Of a stretch of DNA of 43,716 bases, positions 1 through 9,638 are shown in pieces. The notes beneath the pieces are model-generated. The model had not been told where the DNA came from, searched no databases, and saw only the letters and a program-made list of their open reading frames with translations. Source of the stretch: an uncultured Clostridia bacterium (GTDB lineage Bacteria > Bacillota > Clostridia > Christensenellales > UBA3700); contig CALWRK010000003.1 in the NCBI GenBank assembly GCA_944383935.1, positions 1-43,716 of the forward strand, read 5' to 3'. Position numbers and translations under genes: made by a program. Each line of letters opens with the position of its first letter. Position 1 is the first letter of the stretch.

Positions 1-1
1 C

Positions 2-253
2 GAGGTCATCGACGAGGCGCTCAACAAGTTCGAGGACGTGTTCAAGCTGATCGTGGAGCGCAAGCAGCCCATGGAAGATTACGTTGCCAAGTACAAGAAA
101 GAGCACGGAAAGGACAAGGAAGGCAAAGCCAAGAAGAAGGCGGACAAGAAAGCGGCAATCGCGCAGAGGAAGGCGGACGGAAAAGCCGCCGCAGCCAAGG
201 CGAAGAAAGAGCTTGAAGTACTCAAAAATACGATGAAATCGGCAAAGTGCTAA
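2..253 (+). CDS. 3' end of an unidentified protein (open at the window edge) with a Lys/Ala-rich basic tail
   Basis: The frame is open from nt 2 (EVIDEALNKFEDVFKL...) to TAA at 251-253. The tail reads KKKADKKAAIAQRKADGKAAAAKAKKE. No family recognised. Confidence 0.45.
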   Translation, partial: EVIDEALNKFEDVFKLIVERKQPMEDYVAKYKKEHGKDKEGKAKKKADKKAAIAQRKADGKAAAAKAKKELEVLKNTMKSAKC

Positions 254-323
254 ACGGCAACGCGCCTCTCGTAAAGAGGGGCGCGATTACTATATAGTAA
301 GCGAAAGTATGGCGGAGATGAAT

Positions 324-1859
324 ATGAGTAAATACATAATAGCGCACGATATGGGCACCAGTTCAGATAAGGCGGTGCTTGTGGATTTCGAAGGGCAGAT
401 AATTTCCTCTCAGACGGAGCCTTATCCCACATTTTATCCCGCTCCCGCATTTGTGGAGCAAGATCCCGCGGATTACTGGCGCGCGGTGTGCGAAGCCACG
501 GCAAAACTGATGGATAAAACGGGCGTGAGCGCGGACGACGTGAAGGGCGTGGTGTTCTCCACGCAGGCGATGGGCATTATACCCATAGATAAATACGGGA
601 ACGTGCTGCACAACAACATCACATGGGTTGACGGCAGGGCGGAAAAGCAGGCGCAGTCCATCATGAAGAAGCTGGGCGGCAAGCGCATCTTTTCGCTGGT
701 GGCGGGCACGCCCATCATGGGCAAGGACGTGGTGGCAAAGCTCATCTGGCTGAAAGAGGAGATGCCCAGCGTATATAACGACGCCAAGTACTTTTTGGAC
801 GTGAACGGCTTTTTGAAGTATAAGTGCACGGGAGTGGCGGTTGCGGAGTATTCCGGCGCGTCGTCTTACGGTTTGGATACCAAGAAAAAGACGTGGCTGG
901 GCGCGCTTAAACTCACGGGCATAGATATGAAAAAACTGCCTCCGCTCGTAAAGAGCACGGATATGATAGGCGAAGGTCTGCTGCCGGAGGCGGCAAAGGC
1001 GATGAAGTTGAATCCGGGTACCCCGGTGTTCGGCGGCTGCGACGACACTCAGGCTGCGGCGCTGGGTTCGGGCATGAACGGAGAGGGGGATATACATATC
1101 TATCTGGGTACGTCCGCATGGGTGGGCGCCACTTCCTCCACGGAAACAAAGTTCAAGCACGGCGCGGCGGCGATTCAGTCCGCGGACATAAACATGAACC
1201 TCATCGTGGGCATCACCGAAGCGGCAGGCTCCAACTTGGAGTGGATTAAGGAGCAGTTCTTCAAAAAGGAAGCGGAAGAGTTGGGCAACGGCATATACGA
1301 CTATATGGACAGCGTCATAGAGCATATCCCCGCAGGCAGCGATTATCTCATATGCACCCCTTGGATGCTGGGAGAGAGGTGTCCCGTGTCCTCCACCACC
1401 ACCAGGAGCACGCTGTTCAACATTGACCCTCGCCATACGCGCGAACACCTTATGCGCGCGGTGTATGAGGGCATAGGCTACAACCTCAGGTGGATATTGG
1501 AAAACTTCAAGAAGGACTACGGCTTCGGCGGCAGGAAGTTCCGCATAATCGGCGGCGGCGCGCTGAACAAGTCGTGGATGCAGATGATAGCCGATATAAC
1601 CGATAACGAATTTGCCGTGGTGCAGAACACGCGCAACGCGGGCGCACTCGGCGCGGCGATAATCGCACTCATCGGCTTGGGAGAGATAAAGGGATTTTCC
1701 GAGGTCAAGAGATTTGTCAAAGAGGAAAAGACATATCGTCCCAATCCCGCAAACAGGCACGTTTACGACGAGCAGTTTGCCAACTATAAGCGCATATATT
1801 ACAGCCTGAACAAGGCGTATAAACTCGCAAACGCAAAGAGATTCGAAGGAGAGGAGTGA
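324..1859 (+). CDS. FGGY-family carbohydrate kinase (xylulokinase-like)
   Basis: N-terminus MSKYIIAHDMGTSSDKAVL is the FGGY/actin-fold phosphate-1 motif. Also GGCDDTQAAALG, GTSAW and a C-terminal GGGALNKSWMQMIADI. GGAG lies 6 nt before ATG 324. In-frame ATGs at 309 and 318 are also possible starts. Confidence 0.9.
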   Translation: MSKYIIAHDMGTSSDKAVLVDFEGQIISSQTEPYPTFYPAPAFVEQDPADYWRAVCEATAKLMDKTGVSADDVKGVVFSTQAMGIIPIDKYGNVLHNNITWVDGRAEKQAQSIMKKLGGKRIFSLVAGTPIMGKDVVAKLIWLKEEMPSVYNDAKYFLDVNGFLKYKCTGVAVAEYSGASSYGLDTKKKTWLGALKLTGIDMKKLPPLVKSTDMIGEGLLPEAAKAMKLNPGTPVFGGCDDTQAAALGSGMNGEGDIHIYLGTSAWVGATSSTETKFKHGAAAIQSADINMNLIVGITEAAGSNLEWIKEQFFKKEAEELGNGIYDYMDSVIEHIPAGSDYLICTPWMLGERCPVSSTTTRSTLFNIDPRHTREHLMRAVYEGIGYNLRWILENFKKDYGFGGRKFRIIGGGALNKSWMQMIADITDNEFAVVQNTRNAGALGAAIIALIGLGEIKGFSEVKRFVKEEKTYRPNPANRHVYDEQFANYKRIYYSLNKAYKLANAKRFEGEE

Positions 1860-1860
1860 T

Positions 1861-2454
1861 ATGAACGAAAAACTCAAAGCATCCGTGCTGCAATATTTCG
1901 ACAGACTCAGGGAATACGGGCTGCACGGCGAGGGGGATTCAGTGTCCGTGCGTACAGACGGCGGAATGCTGTTTGTGGACAACAGCCGCGAAGTCAAGTT
2001 TGTAAAGACGGGCGAAGCCAAGGGCGAGGCGGCCCTGCACGAGGGCGTATATGCCCGGACGGACGCCGCGGCGGTGGTGCACGCGCATCCCGATTATGTG
2101 AGCGCGGTGGCAAAGGCGGGCGTGACCATTCCCGCGGTGATAGACGACATGGCGCAGATAGTGGGTCCCACCTGCCGCACGGTGGGCGGTAAGGACGCCG
2201 CCGCCATGGAGTTGAAAAAGCGCAACTCATGCCTTATAAAAGGTGACGGCGCCGTGACCACGGGCAGGACGCTAAATGAGGCTTTCACTTGCATGATGGT
2301 ATTGCAAAAGGCAGCCATATGTTTTGTGAGCGCGAGCGTACTGGGCGGAAACGTGGTTATAAACGGACTGGAAGCGCGCCTTATGCGTTTTGTGTATAAG
2401 AAGAAATACAGCAAGATAAATACGGAAAACAACATGGAAAGGGAGGGCAAATAG
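1861..2454 (+). CDS. class II aldolase/adducin-family protein, variant metal site
   Basis: GDSVSVR, E..H (GEAALHEGVY) and VVHAHPDY match the FucA/AraD fold. The position of the third Zn-ligand His reads LIKGDG, where canonical proteins have NHG/HHG. It starts 1 nt after the kinase stop. Confidence 0.8.
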   Translation: MNEKLKASVLQYFDRLREYGLHGEGDSVSVRTDGGMLFVDNSREVKFVKTGEAKGEAALHEGVYARTDAAAVVHAHPDYVSAVAKAGVTIPAVIDDMAQIVGPTCRTVGGKDAAAMELKKRNSCLIKGDGAVTTGRTLNEAFTCMMVLQKAAICFVSASVLGGNVVINGLEARLMRFVYKKKYSKINTENNMEREGK

Positions 2455-3117
2455 ATGAGCTGGACTAAGGAAGAGGAAATAAAGCTCCGCCAAGTCGTCA
2501 AAGACAGCGGCGTGAAACTGCTCAAAGAAAACTTGGTGCAGGGCACTTGGGGCAATATGGCGCAGAGGCTGGACAGCGAATATATGCTTGTCACCCCCAC
2601 CGGTCTTGACTACGAGGCTCTCTCCCCCGAGGATATGCCCGTGGTGAGCATAGCAGACCCCTCCATATGGAAGGATGGCAAGAAGCCCACGTCCGAGCGC
2701 AAGATCCACGCATATCTCATGCTCAATCGCCCGGAGATAAACGCCACAATCCACTCCCATCCCTATTACGGTTCCATCTTCGCGTCTGCGAGGAAAGAAC
2801 TGCCGGAAGAGGCGATGACAGAGGAGGAAAAGAAGCTGCTGGGCGGAAGCGTGCGCGTGGGTGCGTATGGTCTCCCCGGCACAAAGAAGCTGAAAGAGGG
2901 CACGGTAAAAGCTATGGAGGGGCGCAACGCCTGCTTTATGGCGAATCACGGCGTGTTCTGCGCGGGCAGGGATATGGAAGAGGCGTTTGAGATTATCCGC
3001 TGCCTGGAAAGGGTGTGCAAAAGATATATCGAGCAGCTCACGGTCAAAGCCACCGGAGCAAAGGAATATTCCGACGAACTCTTGTTTGACTACTTTATCA
3101 AAAAGTGCGGCAAATAA
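2455..3117 (+). CDS. class II aldolase/adducin-family protein (canonical metal ligands)
   Basis: GNMAQR, TPTG, SERKIHAYL, TIHSHPYY and FMANHGVFCAG carry all FucA-type ligands. The ATG directly abuts the previous stop (TAGATG). Confidence 0.85.
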   Translation: MSWTKEEEIKLRQVVKDSGVKLLKENLVQGTWGNMAQRLDSEYMLVTPTGLDYEALSPEDMPVVSIADPSIWKDGKKPTSERKIHAYLMLNRPEINATIHSHPYYGSIFASARKELPEEAMTEEEKKLLGGSVRVGAYGLPGTKKLKEGTVKAMEGRNACFMANHGVFCAGRDMEEAFEIIRCLERVCKRYIEQLTVKATGAKEYSDELLFDYFIKKCGK

Positions 3118-3497
3118 TAAGCAGGGAGCAGGCAAGGGGGCTTAATCCGCTCGTCCTCGCCTTTGTCGGGGACGGGGTGCAGACGTTGTTCGTCCGCGCT
3201 CGCCTCGCCTTGCAGCCGCACGCCAAATCGGGCGCGTTGCACCTGCGTGCCGCGTCCGTTATAAGGGCGTCCTCACAGGCGCGCAGCGCGGAAGAGCTGC
3301 TGCCCGAACTTACGGAGGAGGAGGCGGAGATATACCGCCGCGCCCGAAACAACCACACCGCCCACCGCGCAAAAAATGCGGACGTGGGCGATTATCATAA
3401 AGCCAGCGGTTTGGAGGCGGTAATAGGCTACCTCTACCTGATTGGCGAAGATAAGAGATTGGAATACATTTTGAACGCTTGCAGTAAAGAGCGTTAG
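3105..3497 (+). CDS. mrnC: Mini-ribonuclease 3
   Basis: LAFVGDGVQTLFVR, RRARNNHTAHRAKN and YHKASGLEAVIGYLYL are Mini-III signatures. GTG start overlaps the previous gene. It sits in the conserved mrnC-rlmB-sigH context. Confidence 0.85.
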   Translation: MRQIISREQARGLNPLVLAFVGDGVQTLFVRARLALQPHAKSGALHLRAASVIRASSQARSAEELLPELTEEEAEIYRRARNNHTAHRAKNADVGDYHKASGLEAVIGYLYLIGEDKRLEYILNACSKER

Positions 3498-3508
3498 GAG
3501 GGAAGTTT

Positions 3509-4261
3509 ATGCCTCAGGTAAAACCTAATGTAGTATTGCTCACATATACGCAAAATCCCGCGCAGACAATAGCCATGTCCGCTAAACTTTGCTATTCGGA
3601 CGCCACGATAGCGGACTTAAAAAAGGGAGTGGACGAGAGCGACGTGAGCAAGTTTTTGTCCCGTCTTGTGACCATGGGACATCTCTCTCCCTTTGAACAC
3701 GCCTCCTTTACTTTCGGAATAGAGGGGGTATCGCGCAGTTTTTTGGCGCAGGTCACAAGGCATAGGATAGCGTCCTTCTCCGTGAAGTCGCAGAGGTATG
3801 TGGACGCCAACAAAAAAGGAGAATTCAACTACGTCATTCCCCCCGCCATTTCCGCGTTGGGGAACGAGGCGGAAGAGGAATATAAGAGCCAGATGAGAAT
3901 CATGCACTCGTGGTACTGCCTTTGGCAGGAGAGATTGGGCGGCGCGTGCGAAAAGTCCAACGAGGATGCGCGCTTTGTGCTTCCCAACGCCGCGGAGACT
4001 AAGATGACCATGACTATGAACGTGCGCGAGCTTATGCACTTTTTCACCGTGCGCTGCTGTAATCGCGCACAGTGGGAGATACGCGAAGTGGCGTGGCAGA
4101 TGCTGGAAGAGGTGCTCAAAGTCGCGCCCGAACTGTTTGTGACGGCGGGACCTTCGTGCGTGCGAGGAGGATGCAGCGAGGGCAAGATGACCTGCGCAAA
4201 GCCGGAGGAAGTCAGGGCAAGGCGCAAGGCGCTTGCGGATAAGATTGCGGAGAAAAGATAA
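3509..4261 (+). CDS. thyX: FAD-dependent thymidylate synthase
   Basis: The ThyX motif RHRIASFSVKSQRY is present, plus GHLSPFEH and the expected length (250 aa). Confidence 0.95.
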   Translation: MPQVKPNVVLLTYTQNPAQTIAMSAKLCYSDATIADLKKGVDESDVSKFLSRLVTMGHLSPFEHASFTFGIEGVSRSFLAQVTRHRIASFSVKSQRYVDANKKGEFNYVIPPAISALGNEAEEEYKSQMRIMHSWYCLWQERLGGACEKSNEDARFVLPNAAETKMTMTMNVRELMHFFTVRCCNRAQWEIREVAWQMLEEVLKVAPELFVTAGPSCVRGGCSEGKMTCAKPEEVRARRKALADKIAEKR

Positions 4262-4977
4262 TGTTACTTGAAGGAAAGAACGCCGTGCGCGAGCACCTCG
4301 CCGCGGGAGGGGCGCTCACCCGCTTATATGTGCAGAGGGGGTTACACGGCACGGAGGATATAATAAATAACGCCAAGACGGCGGGCGCGCGCATAGTCAT
4401 GTGCGACAGGAGGGAGCTGGACAAACTCTGCGGCGGAGAAAAACATCGCGGCATAGCCGGTGTGGCGGACGAGTACTCCTATTGTACGGTGGACGACATC
4501 ATAAAGAGCGCCGGGCAAAAGGGCGAAAAACTGTTTATGCTCATATTGGACGGCATAGAAGACCCGCACAATTTGGGCAGTATAGTCAGGGTGGCGGAGT
4601 GTGCGGGAGTACACGGAATAGTCATTCCCAAGCGCCGCGCGGTGGGCGTGAACGCCACCGTGGTTAAAGTATCCGCAGGCGCTACGGCGTATGTGAAGAT
4701 AGCCGCAGTAAACAATGTAAACGACGTAATAAGAAAGCTGAAAGATAACTTTGTTCACATATACTGCGCCGACATGGCGGGCAGGGACGTGTATACCACC
4801 AACCTCACGGAAGATCTCGCCCTGGTCATAGGCAGCGAGGGCTTCGGAGTAAAGCCTCTCACCGCAAAGTTGTGCGACGGGGCGGTATCTCTGCCTCAAA
4901 AGGGCAAGATAAACTCGCTGAACGCGTCCGTGGCTTGCGGAGTGCTGTGCTATGAAGTGCTCAGACAGAGGAGATAG
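4261..4977 (+). CDS. rlmB: TrmH/SpoU-family 23S rRNA 2'-O-methyltransferase (RlmB/YacO-like)
   Basis: LILDGIEDPHNLGSIVRVAECAGVHGIVIP, LVIGSEGFG and SLNASVACGV are SpoU motifs. It lies between mrnC and sigH, as in Bacillus. Confidence 0.9.
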   Translation: MLLEGKNAVREHLAAGGALTRLYVQRGLHGTEDIINNAKTAGARIVMCDRRELDKLCGGEKHRGIAGVADEYSYCTVDDIIKSAGQKGEKLFMLILDGIEDPHNLGSIVRVAECAGVHGIVIPKRRAVGVNATVVKVSAGATAYVKIAAVNNVNDVIRKLKDNFVHIYCADMAGRDVYTTNLTEDLALVIGSEGFGVKPLTAKLCDGAVSLPQKGKINSLNASVACGVLCYEVLRQRR

Positions 4978-4978
4978 C

Positions 4979-5521
4979 ATGGCGGAAGGAGAGCTCATAA
5001 AGCGCGCGTCCTCAGGGGACGACGGAGCCATGGAGGAGGTGCTCACGGAATACATGGGCATGGTAAAGGCGCTGGCTCGTCGTTATTACATAGTGGGCGC
5101 AACGTGTGAGGACGCCTCTCAGGAGGGGATGATAGGGCTTTTCAAAGCTGTGATGACCTACGACGAGGGCAAGGGTAAGTTTTCCGCTTACGCCTACGCC
5201 TGTATAAAAGCCGCCATTTTGGACGCGGTAAAGGCGGCGTCCAGAGAAAAAAACAAGCCGCTCAACAACTATATTCCGCTGGATAAGACGGAAAACCTTG
5301 TGGCAGAAGAGGACGTCACGGAGGATATAGGCGGGCGCCAGCTCATGGAGCGCATACGCGAAGGACTGTCCGGAGCGGAGGAGAAAATCTTTCAGCTGTG
5401 GGCGGAGGGGCTGAGCTATGCGGAGATAGCCGCCGAGCTGGGCAAGAGTGTGAAGTATGTGGACAACGCCTTGCAGAGAATACGCAAAAAGGCCAGGAAA
5501 CTGGCAGATCCGGAGGGCTGA
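4979..5521 (+). CDS. sigH: RNA polymerase sigma factor SigH-like (sigma-70 family)
   Basis: EDASQEGMIGLFKAV, REKNKPLNNYIPLD and SVKYVDNALQRIRKK closely parallel B. subtilis SigH. GAGGAG lies 5 nt before ATG 4979. The longer ORF from 4952 overlaps rlmB and was not used. Confidence 0.85.
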   Translation: MAEGELIKRASSGDDGAMEEVLTEYMGMVKALARRYYIVGATCEDASQEGMIGLFKAVMTYDEGKGKFSAYAYACIKAAILDAVKAASREKNKPLNNYIPLDKTENLVAEEDVTEDIGGRQLMERIREGLSGAEEKIFQLWAEGLSYAEIAAELGKSVKYVDNALQRIRKKARKLADPEG

Positions 5522-5542
5522 TCGTCCGGTAAAGGAGGAAGT

Positions 5543-6751
5543 ATGAAGAAAAAGGCTCTTGCAGCCGTAATAATATGTATTGTCGCGCTTACGGCAGTCG
5601 TGCTTTCCGCCTGCACATCCGCCACGGTCGTTTTGGATTTGAATGGCGGGATATACAACGGTACCGATGAAGCGCTGGTCGTGGAGGCGGGCGGAACCCT
5701 CTATTTGGGCGACTTCAAACCGGAGAAAGAGGACGCGGTCATAAGCGGCTGGGTGGACGAAGAGGGCAACTTTTACGGCGCGGATTCTTATATCGTACCC
5801 GTAAACGGCAGCACGCTCACCGCCGTATACGAAGGCGTACTCAAATATACGCGCGTGGAAGACGGATACGCCGTGTCCGCAACGGAGGGGTATAGCGCAG
5901 AGAACGTGGTCATACCTTCCGAATACGACGGACTGCCGGTGACGGAAGTGGCGGCGGGCGCTTTTGCGAATTGCACGTCCATGCGCACGCTGCGCATACC
6001 CGACAGCGTGGTCAGGATAGGCAGGGGAGCCCTCTCCGGCTGTACGTCCTTGGAAAGCATCATTCTCCCCTTTGTGGGACCTACGGCGGACGTGTCCGTG
6101 GGCACCAATAACAACGGGATGGCGTATGTGTTCGGACTTTCCTCCGGTTCCAGCTGGGCGACTTTTCCCAACCTCACGCAGATAACGGTGACGGACGCGG
6201 CGGTATCTCTCCCCAACGGCGCGTTTGAGAATATGACCTCTTTGAGGTATGTGAACGTGGGGAGCAACGTGACCGCACTGGGCGCGAGGGCTTTTTCCGG
6301 CTGCTCAAACCTCGTGAGCGTGATCTTGCCGGAGGGGTGCACCTCGATAGGCGAGCGCGCCTTTGCAAACTGTTCGAAGGCGGCGATAACGGTAAAGGGC
6401 GCGGTAACTTCGCTGGGAGCAAACGCCTTTTATAACAGCGGAATAACCTCCATAACCCTTGGGGAAGGGCTCTCTTCCATTCCCGCGGGCTGCTTTGAAG
6501 GAAGCTCTCTCACTTCGATAGTCCTCCCTTCAAGCGTTACGAGCATAAATTCCGCCGCATTCCGCAACTGTTCGCGTCTTACGAAAGTGGAGGTCAACGC
6601 CTCCGTCACACTCTATTCCAGCGCCTTCAACGGCTGCGCCAATCTGACTGACGCGGGTTTGGTCTTTGGCAGCGGCGGCGAATTTACCTTTGCCGAGGGC
6701 GCGAGGGAGAACGCGTTCGGCGGCACGAAGGTGACCATCTATAATAATTGA
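5543..6751 (+). CDS. surface lipoprotein with a Listeria-Bacteroides-type repeat and BspA-like leucine-rich repeats
   Basis: Signal peptide ends in the lipobox VLSAC. VVLDLNGG...GWVDEEG matches a Flg_new/List_Bact repeat. There are about 8 LRR units of the type IP.SVT.IG..AF..C..L..V. Confidence 0.8.
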   Translation: MKKKALAAVIICIVALTAVVLSACTSATVVLDLNGGIYNGTDEALVVEAGGTLYLGDFKPEKEDAVISGWVDEEGNFYGADSYIVPVNGSTLTAVYEGVLKYTRVEDGYAVSATEGYSAENVVIPSEYDGLPVTEVAAGAFANCTSMRTLRIPDSVVRIGRGALSGCTSLESIILPFVGPTADVSVGTNNNGMAYVFGLSSGSSWATFPNLTQITVTDAAVSLPNGAFENMTSLRYVNVGSNVTALGARAFSGCSNLVSVILPEGCTSIGERAFANCSKAAITVKGAVTSLGANAFYNSGITSITLGEGLSSIPAGCFEGSSLTSIVLPSSVTSINSAAFRNCSRLTKVEVNASVTLYSSAFNGCANLTDAGLVFGSGGEFTFAEGARENAFGGTKVTIYNN

Positions 6752-6776
6752 GAAAAGAAATACGGAGGAGATGAAA

Positions 6777-7994
6777 ATGAACGTATTTTATAAGATATAT
6801 TGCCGCACTTTTCAGGCGGTGCTCAAACAGCTGATCAAACTGATGCCGTGGCGCAAGCCCGAGCTGCTGCGCTTTGAAAACGGCGCGGCGGGTCTTGCCG
6901 GCTTTATCAAGGGCAAGGGTCTTACTTCCGTGCTCGTGGTCACGGACGGCAACCTCATGAAACTGGGGCTTTGCACTCCCATGCTGGAAGCGCTGGAAAA
7001 AGAGGGGATAAAGGCAGCCGTCTACGACAAGGTGGTGGCAAACCCCACGATAGACAATGTGGAAGAGGCGCTCAAAATGTATCACAGCGGCGGCGCGCAG
7101 GGCATTATAGCTTTCGGCGGCGGTTCTCCCATGGACTGCGCTAAGGGCGTGGGTGCGCGCGTTGCCCGTCCCAACAAGCCCATTCCCAAGATGAAGGGCA
7201 TTTTGAAAGTGGGTAAGAAAATGCCGCCCTTCTTCGCCATCCCCACCACTTCGGGTACGGGCAGCGAAACAACTCTGGCAGCCGTAATCACCGACACCAC
7301 CAATCCCGAACACCATTTGAAGTACGCCATTCAGGACTTTCCGCTCATCCCTCACTATGCGGTGCTCGACCCCTCTTTGACAGCGGGGCTGCCCCAAAAG
7401 GTCACTTCCACCACGGGTATGGATGCGCTCTGCCACGCAGTGGAAGCGTATATAGGCAACTCCAATACCAAGGAGACAAAAGCCAAGGCGGAGGAGGCGG
7501 TGAAGCTCATCTTCACATACTTAAAGCGCGCTTACGACAACGGTAAGGATATGGAAGCCAGGGAGCATATGCAGACGGCGGCGTTCGACGCCGGAGTGGC
7601 GTTCACCCGCGCATATGTGGGCAACGTGCACGCCATGGGTCATGCGATGGGCGCCAAGTACAATACGCCTCACGGGCTTGCGATGGCGGTGATTTTGCCC
7701 CATATGCTCGACTATTACGGTGCAAAGATATATAAGAAGCTGGCAAAACTGGCGGATGTCGCAGGCATAACGGGCAAGGACGACGAGGAAAAGGCAAAGG
7801 CGTTTATCCGAGCGATAAAGGACATGAACGCATATATGAGCATCCCGGAAAACTTCGGAGGCATCATCAAAAAAGAGGATGTGCCCGAGATGTGCGAGGC
7901 GGCTTACAAGGAGGCGAATCCGCTCTATCCCGTACCCGTGATGATGGGCAAGGAGGACTTTGCCAAAATGTATTTAGAGGTTTTGAACGGCTGA
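6777..7994 (+). CDS. iron-containing (group III) alcohol dehydrogenase
   Basis: GGGSPMDCAKG, IPTTSGTGSE, DPSLT and HAMGHAMG..YNTPHG are present. GGAGG lies 8 nt before ATG 6777. ATG 6771 is too close to the RBS. Confidence 0.9.
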   Translation: MNVFYKIYCRTFQAVLKQLIKLMPWRKPELLRFENGAAGLAGFIKGKGLTSVLVVTDGNLMKLGLCTPMLEALEKEGIKAAVYDKVVANPTIDNVEEALKMYHSGGAQGIIAFGGGSPMDCAKGVGARVARPNKPIPKMKGILKVGKKMPPFFAIPTTSGTGSETTLAAVITDTTNPEHHLKYAIQDFPLIPHYAVLDPSLTAGLPQKVTSTTGMDALCHAVEAYIGNSNTKETKAKAEEAVKLIFTYLKRAYDNGKDMEAREHMQTAAFDAGVAFTRAYVGNVHAMGHAMGAKYNTPHGLAMAVILPHMLDYYGAKIYKKLAKLADVAGITGKDDEEKAKAFIRAIKDMNAYMSIPENFGGIIKKEDVPEMCEAAYKEANPLYPVPVMMGKEDFAKMYLEVLNG

Positions 7995-7995
7995 T

Positions 7996-8799
7996 ATGTT
8001 CATAGCGGATTCACACACACATTGCAATCATTCCCACGACAGCTTTGTCCCCGCAGAGGAGATGATTGAAAACGCGATTTCAAAGGGCGCGTCCTATATG
8101 GCGATGACCGACCATTGCGATAAGGATTACGCCCTTATTCCCCAATTTTTTGACATAAAGCAGATAGATCTGCCCGCGCACTTCAAGCAAGCGCGAGAGT
8201 TGAAAGAACGCTATAAGGGCAAAATAGAGATAGGCGTGGGCTTGGAGTGCGGCTACTATGCGCCCGCGGACAAGCTCTATAAGCAGATCTTGGAGCAATA
8301 TCCCACCGACGTGGTGATAAATTCCGTCCATGTGGTGAACGAAGAGGACTGCTACTACGACAGTTACTTCACGCGCGGAAGGCAGGCGGCGTATGGAATG
8401 TACGTCAGGGCGATCTTGGACAGCGTAAACGCGGATTTCCCCTACGATATAATAGGACATATCGGCTATGTGGCGCGAAAGGCGCCTTTTGAAAATCGCT
8501 CCCTCCGCTATGAGGAGTTCCCCGATATGTTCGACGCCATTTTGCGCGGAATAATACAAAAGGGCAAGGCGCTGGAAGTAAACGGCAGGGGTACGGGCAT
8601 TCCCTATATTCCCGAAGACGGCATTCTGCGCCGCTATAAGGAGCTGGGCGGCGAGCTGATAACCTATGGCTCGGACGCGCACTATCCGCAGCTCCAACTT
8701 ATCCATTACGGCGAGGTCAAGGAGGGCTTGAAAGCGCTCGGCTTCAAGTATATCTTCCACTACCTCGACCACAAGCCGATCGCGGCGGAGATAGACTGA
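7996..8799 (+). CDS. PHP-domain phosphatase, HisJ (histidinol-phosphatase) family
   Basis: ADSHTHCNHSHDS, MTDHCD, NSVH and GSDAH are metal-binding motifs of the PHP/HisJ fold. No other his genes are nearby. Confidence 0.75.
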   Translation: MFIADSHTHCNHSHDSFVPAEEMIENAISKGASYMAMTDHCDKDYALIPQFFDIKQIDLPAHFKQARELKERYKGKIEIGVGLECGYYAPADKLYKQILEQYPTDVVINSVHVVNEEDCYYDSYFTRGRQAAYGMYVRAILDSVNADFPYDIIGHIGYVARKAPFENRSLRYEEFPDMFDAILRGIIQKGKALEVNGRGTGIPYIPEDGILRRYKELGGELITYGSDAHYPQLQLIHYGEVKEGLKALGFKYIFHYLDHKPIAAEID

Positions 8800-9479
8800 T
8801 GGCGTCGCATCTGGGAAACAGCTGGGACGAGCTCTTAAAGGGCGAATTTGACAGCGAATATTTTGACAAACTGCGCGAGTTTTTGAACAAGGAGTACGCC
8901 GCACATACCGTATATCCGCCCAAACGCGACATCCTCGCCGCCTTTGCCCACACGCCGTACGAGAACGTAAAGGTGGTTATCATAGGGCAGGACCCCTACA
9001 TAGGCGCGCACCAGGCAAACGGGATGTGCTTTTCCGTGCGTGACGGCGTGAAATGTCCCCCTTCGCTCGTGAATATCTACAAGGCGCTGGAATACGACTT
9101 GGGCATTCCGCCTTCGGACAGCGGTGACCTCACCGGTTGGGCGGAACAGGGGGTATTGTTGCTCAACGCCGTCCTCACCGTCCGCGCCGGCGCCAGCGGC
9201 TCGCACGCGGGCATGGGCTGGGAGAGGTTTACCGACTTTGTAATCTCCCTGCTCAATAAGAGCGAAAAACCCATAGTGTTCATGCTTTGGGGCGGCTACG
9301 CCAAGAAAAAGGGCAGGCTGATAGATAACCCCCGCCACCTTGCGCTCACCTCCGTCCACCCTTCGCCGCTGTCCTTTTACCAGGGATTTTTGGAGTGCAG
9401 GCACTTTTCAAAAGCCAACGCCTTCCTCGTTGCGAACGGTAGGGATCCCATAGATTGGAGTAAACGAAAGGCATTTTAA
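8799..9479 (+). CDS. ung: uracil-DNA glycosylase (family 1)
   Basis: VVIIGQDPY, GMCFSV, LLLNAVLTV and the HPSPLS motif are present. The start overlaps the previous stop (TGATG). Confidence 0.95.
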   Translation: MASHLGNSWDELLKGEFDSEYFDKLREFLNKEYAAHTVYPPKRDILAAFAHTPYENVKVVIIGQDPYIGAHQANGMCFSVRDGVKCPPSLVNIYKALEYDLGIPPSDSGDLTGWAEQGVLLLNAVLTVRAGASGSHAGMGWERFTDFVISLLNKSEKPIVFMLWGGYAKKKGRLIDNPRHLALTSVHPSPLSFYQGFLECRHFSKANAFLVANGRDPIDWSKRKAF

Positions 9480-9638
9480 GCGGGAAATGAAAAGATACGC
9501 GAAAAATGAAAGGGAAAGGGGATCTCGGTTCCCAACCATCGGTATCGCAAGTCTATATGTGAATAAATAAATAGCGTATCGGGCATAGTTGCTTTATATT
9601 CTACGCGCATTATCTTTCATCTTGTTCATCTTGACATT

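Noticed and set aside
363-2021. 552-aa minus-strand ORF covering the kinase and the start of the first aldolase
   Set aside because: It is antisense to a gene with clear FGGY motifs. The product is an Arg/His/Leu-rich low-complexity mirror frame, typical of GC-rich coding DNA, and has no RBS.
9480-9638. Small ORF (about 27 aa, starting near 9488) or sRNA in the ung/rsmF convergent gap
   Set aside because: It has no RBS, no hairpin or terminator, and no recognisable motif.
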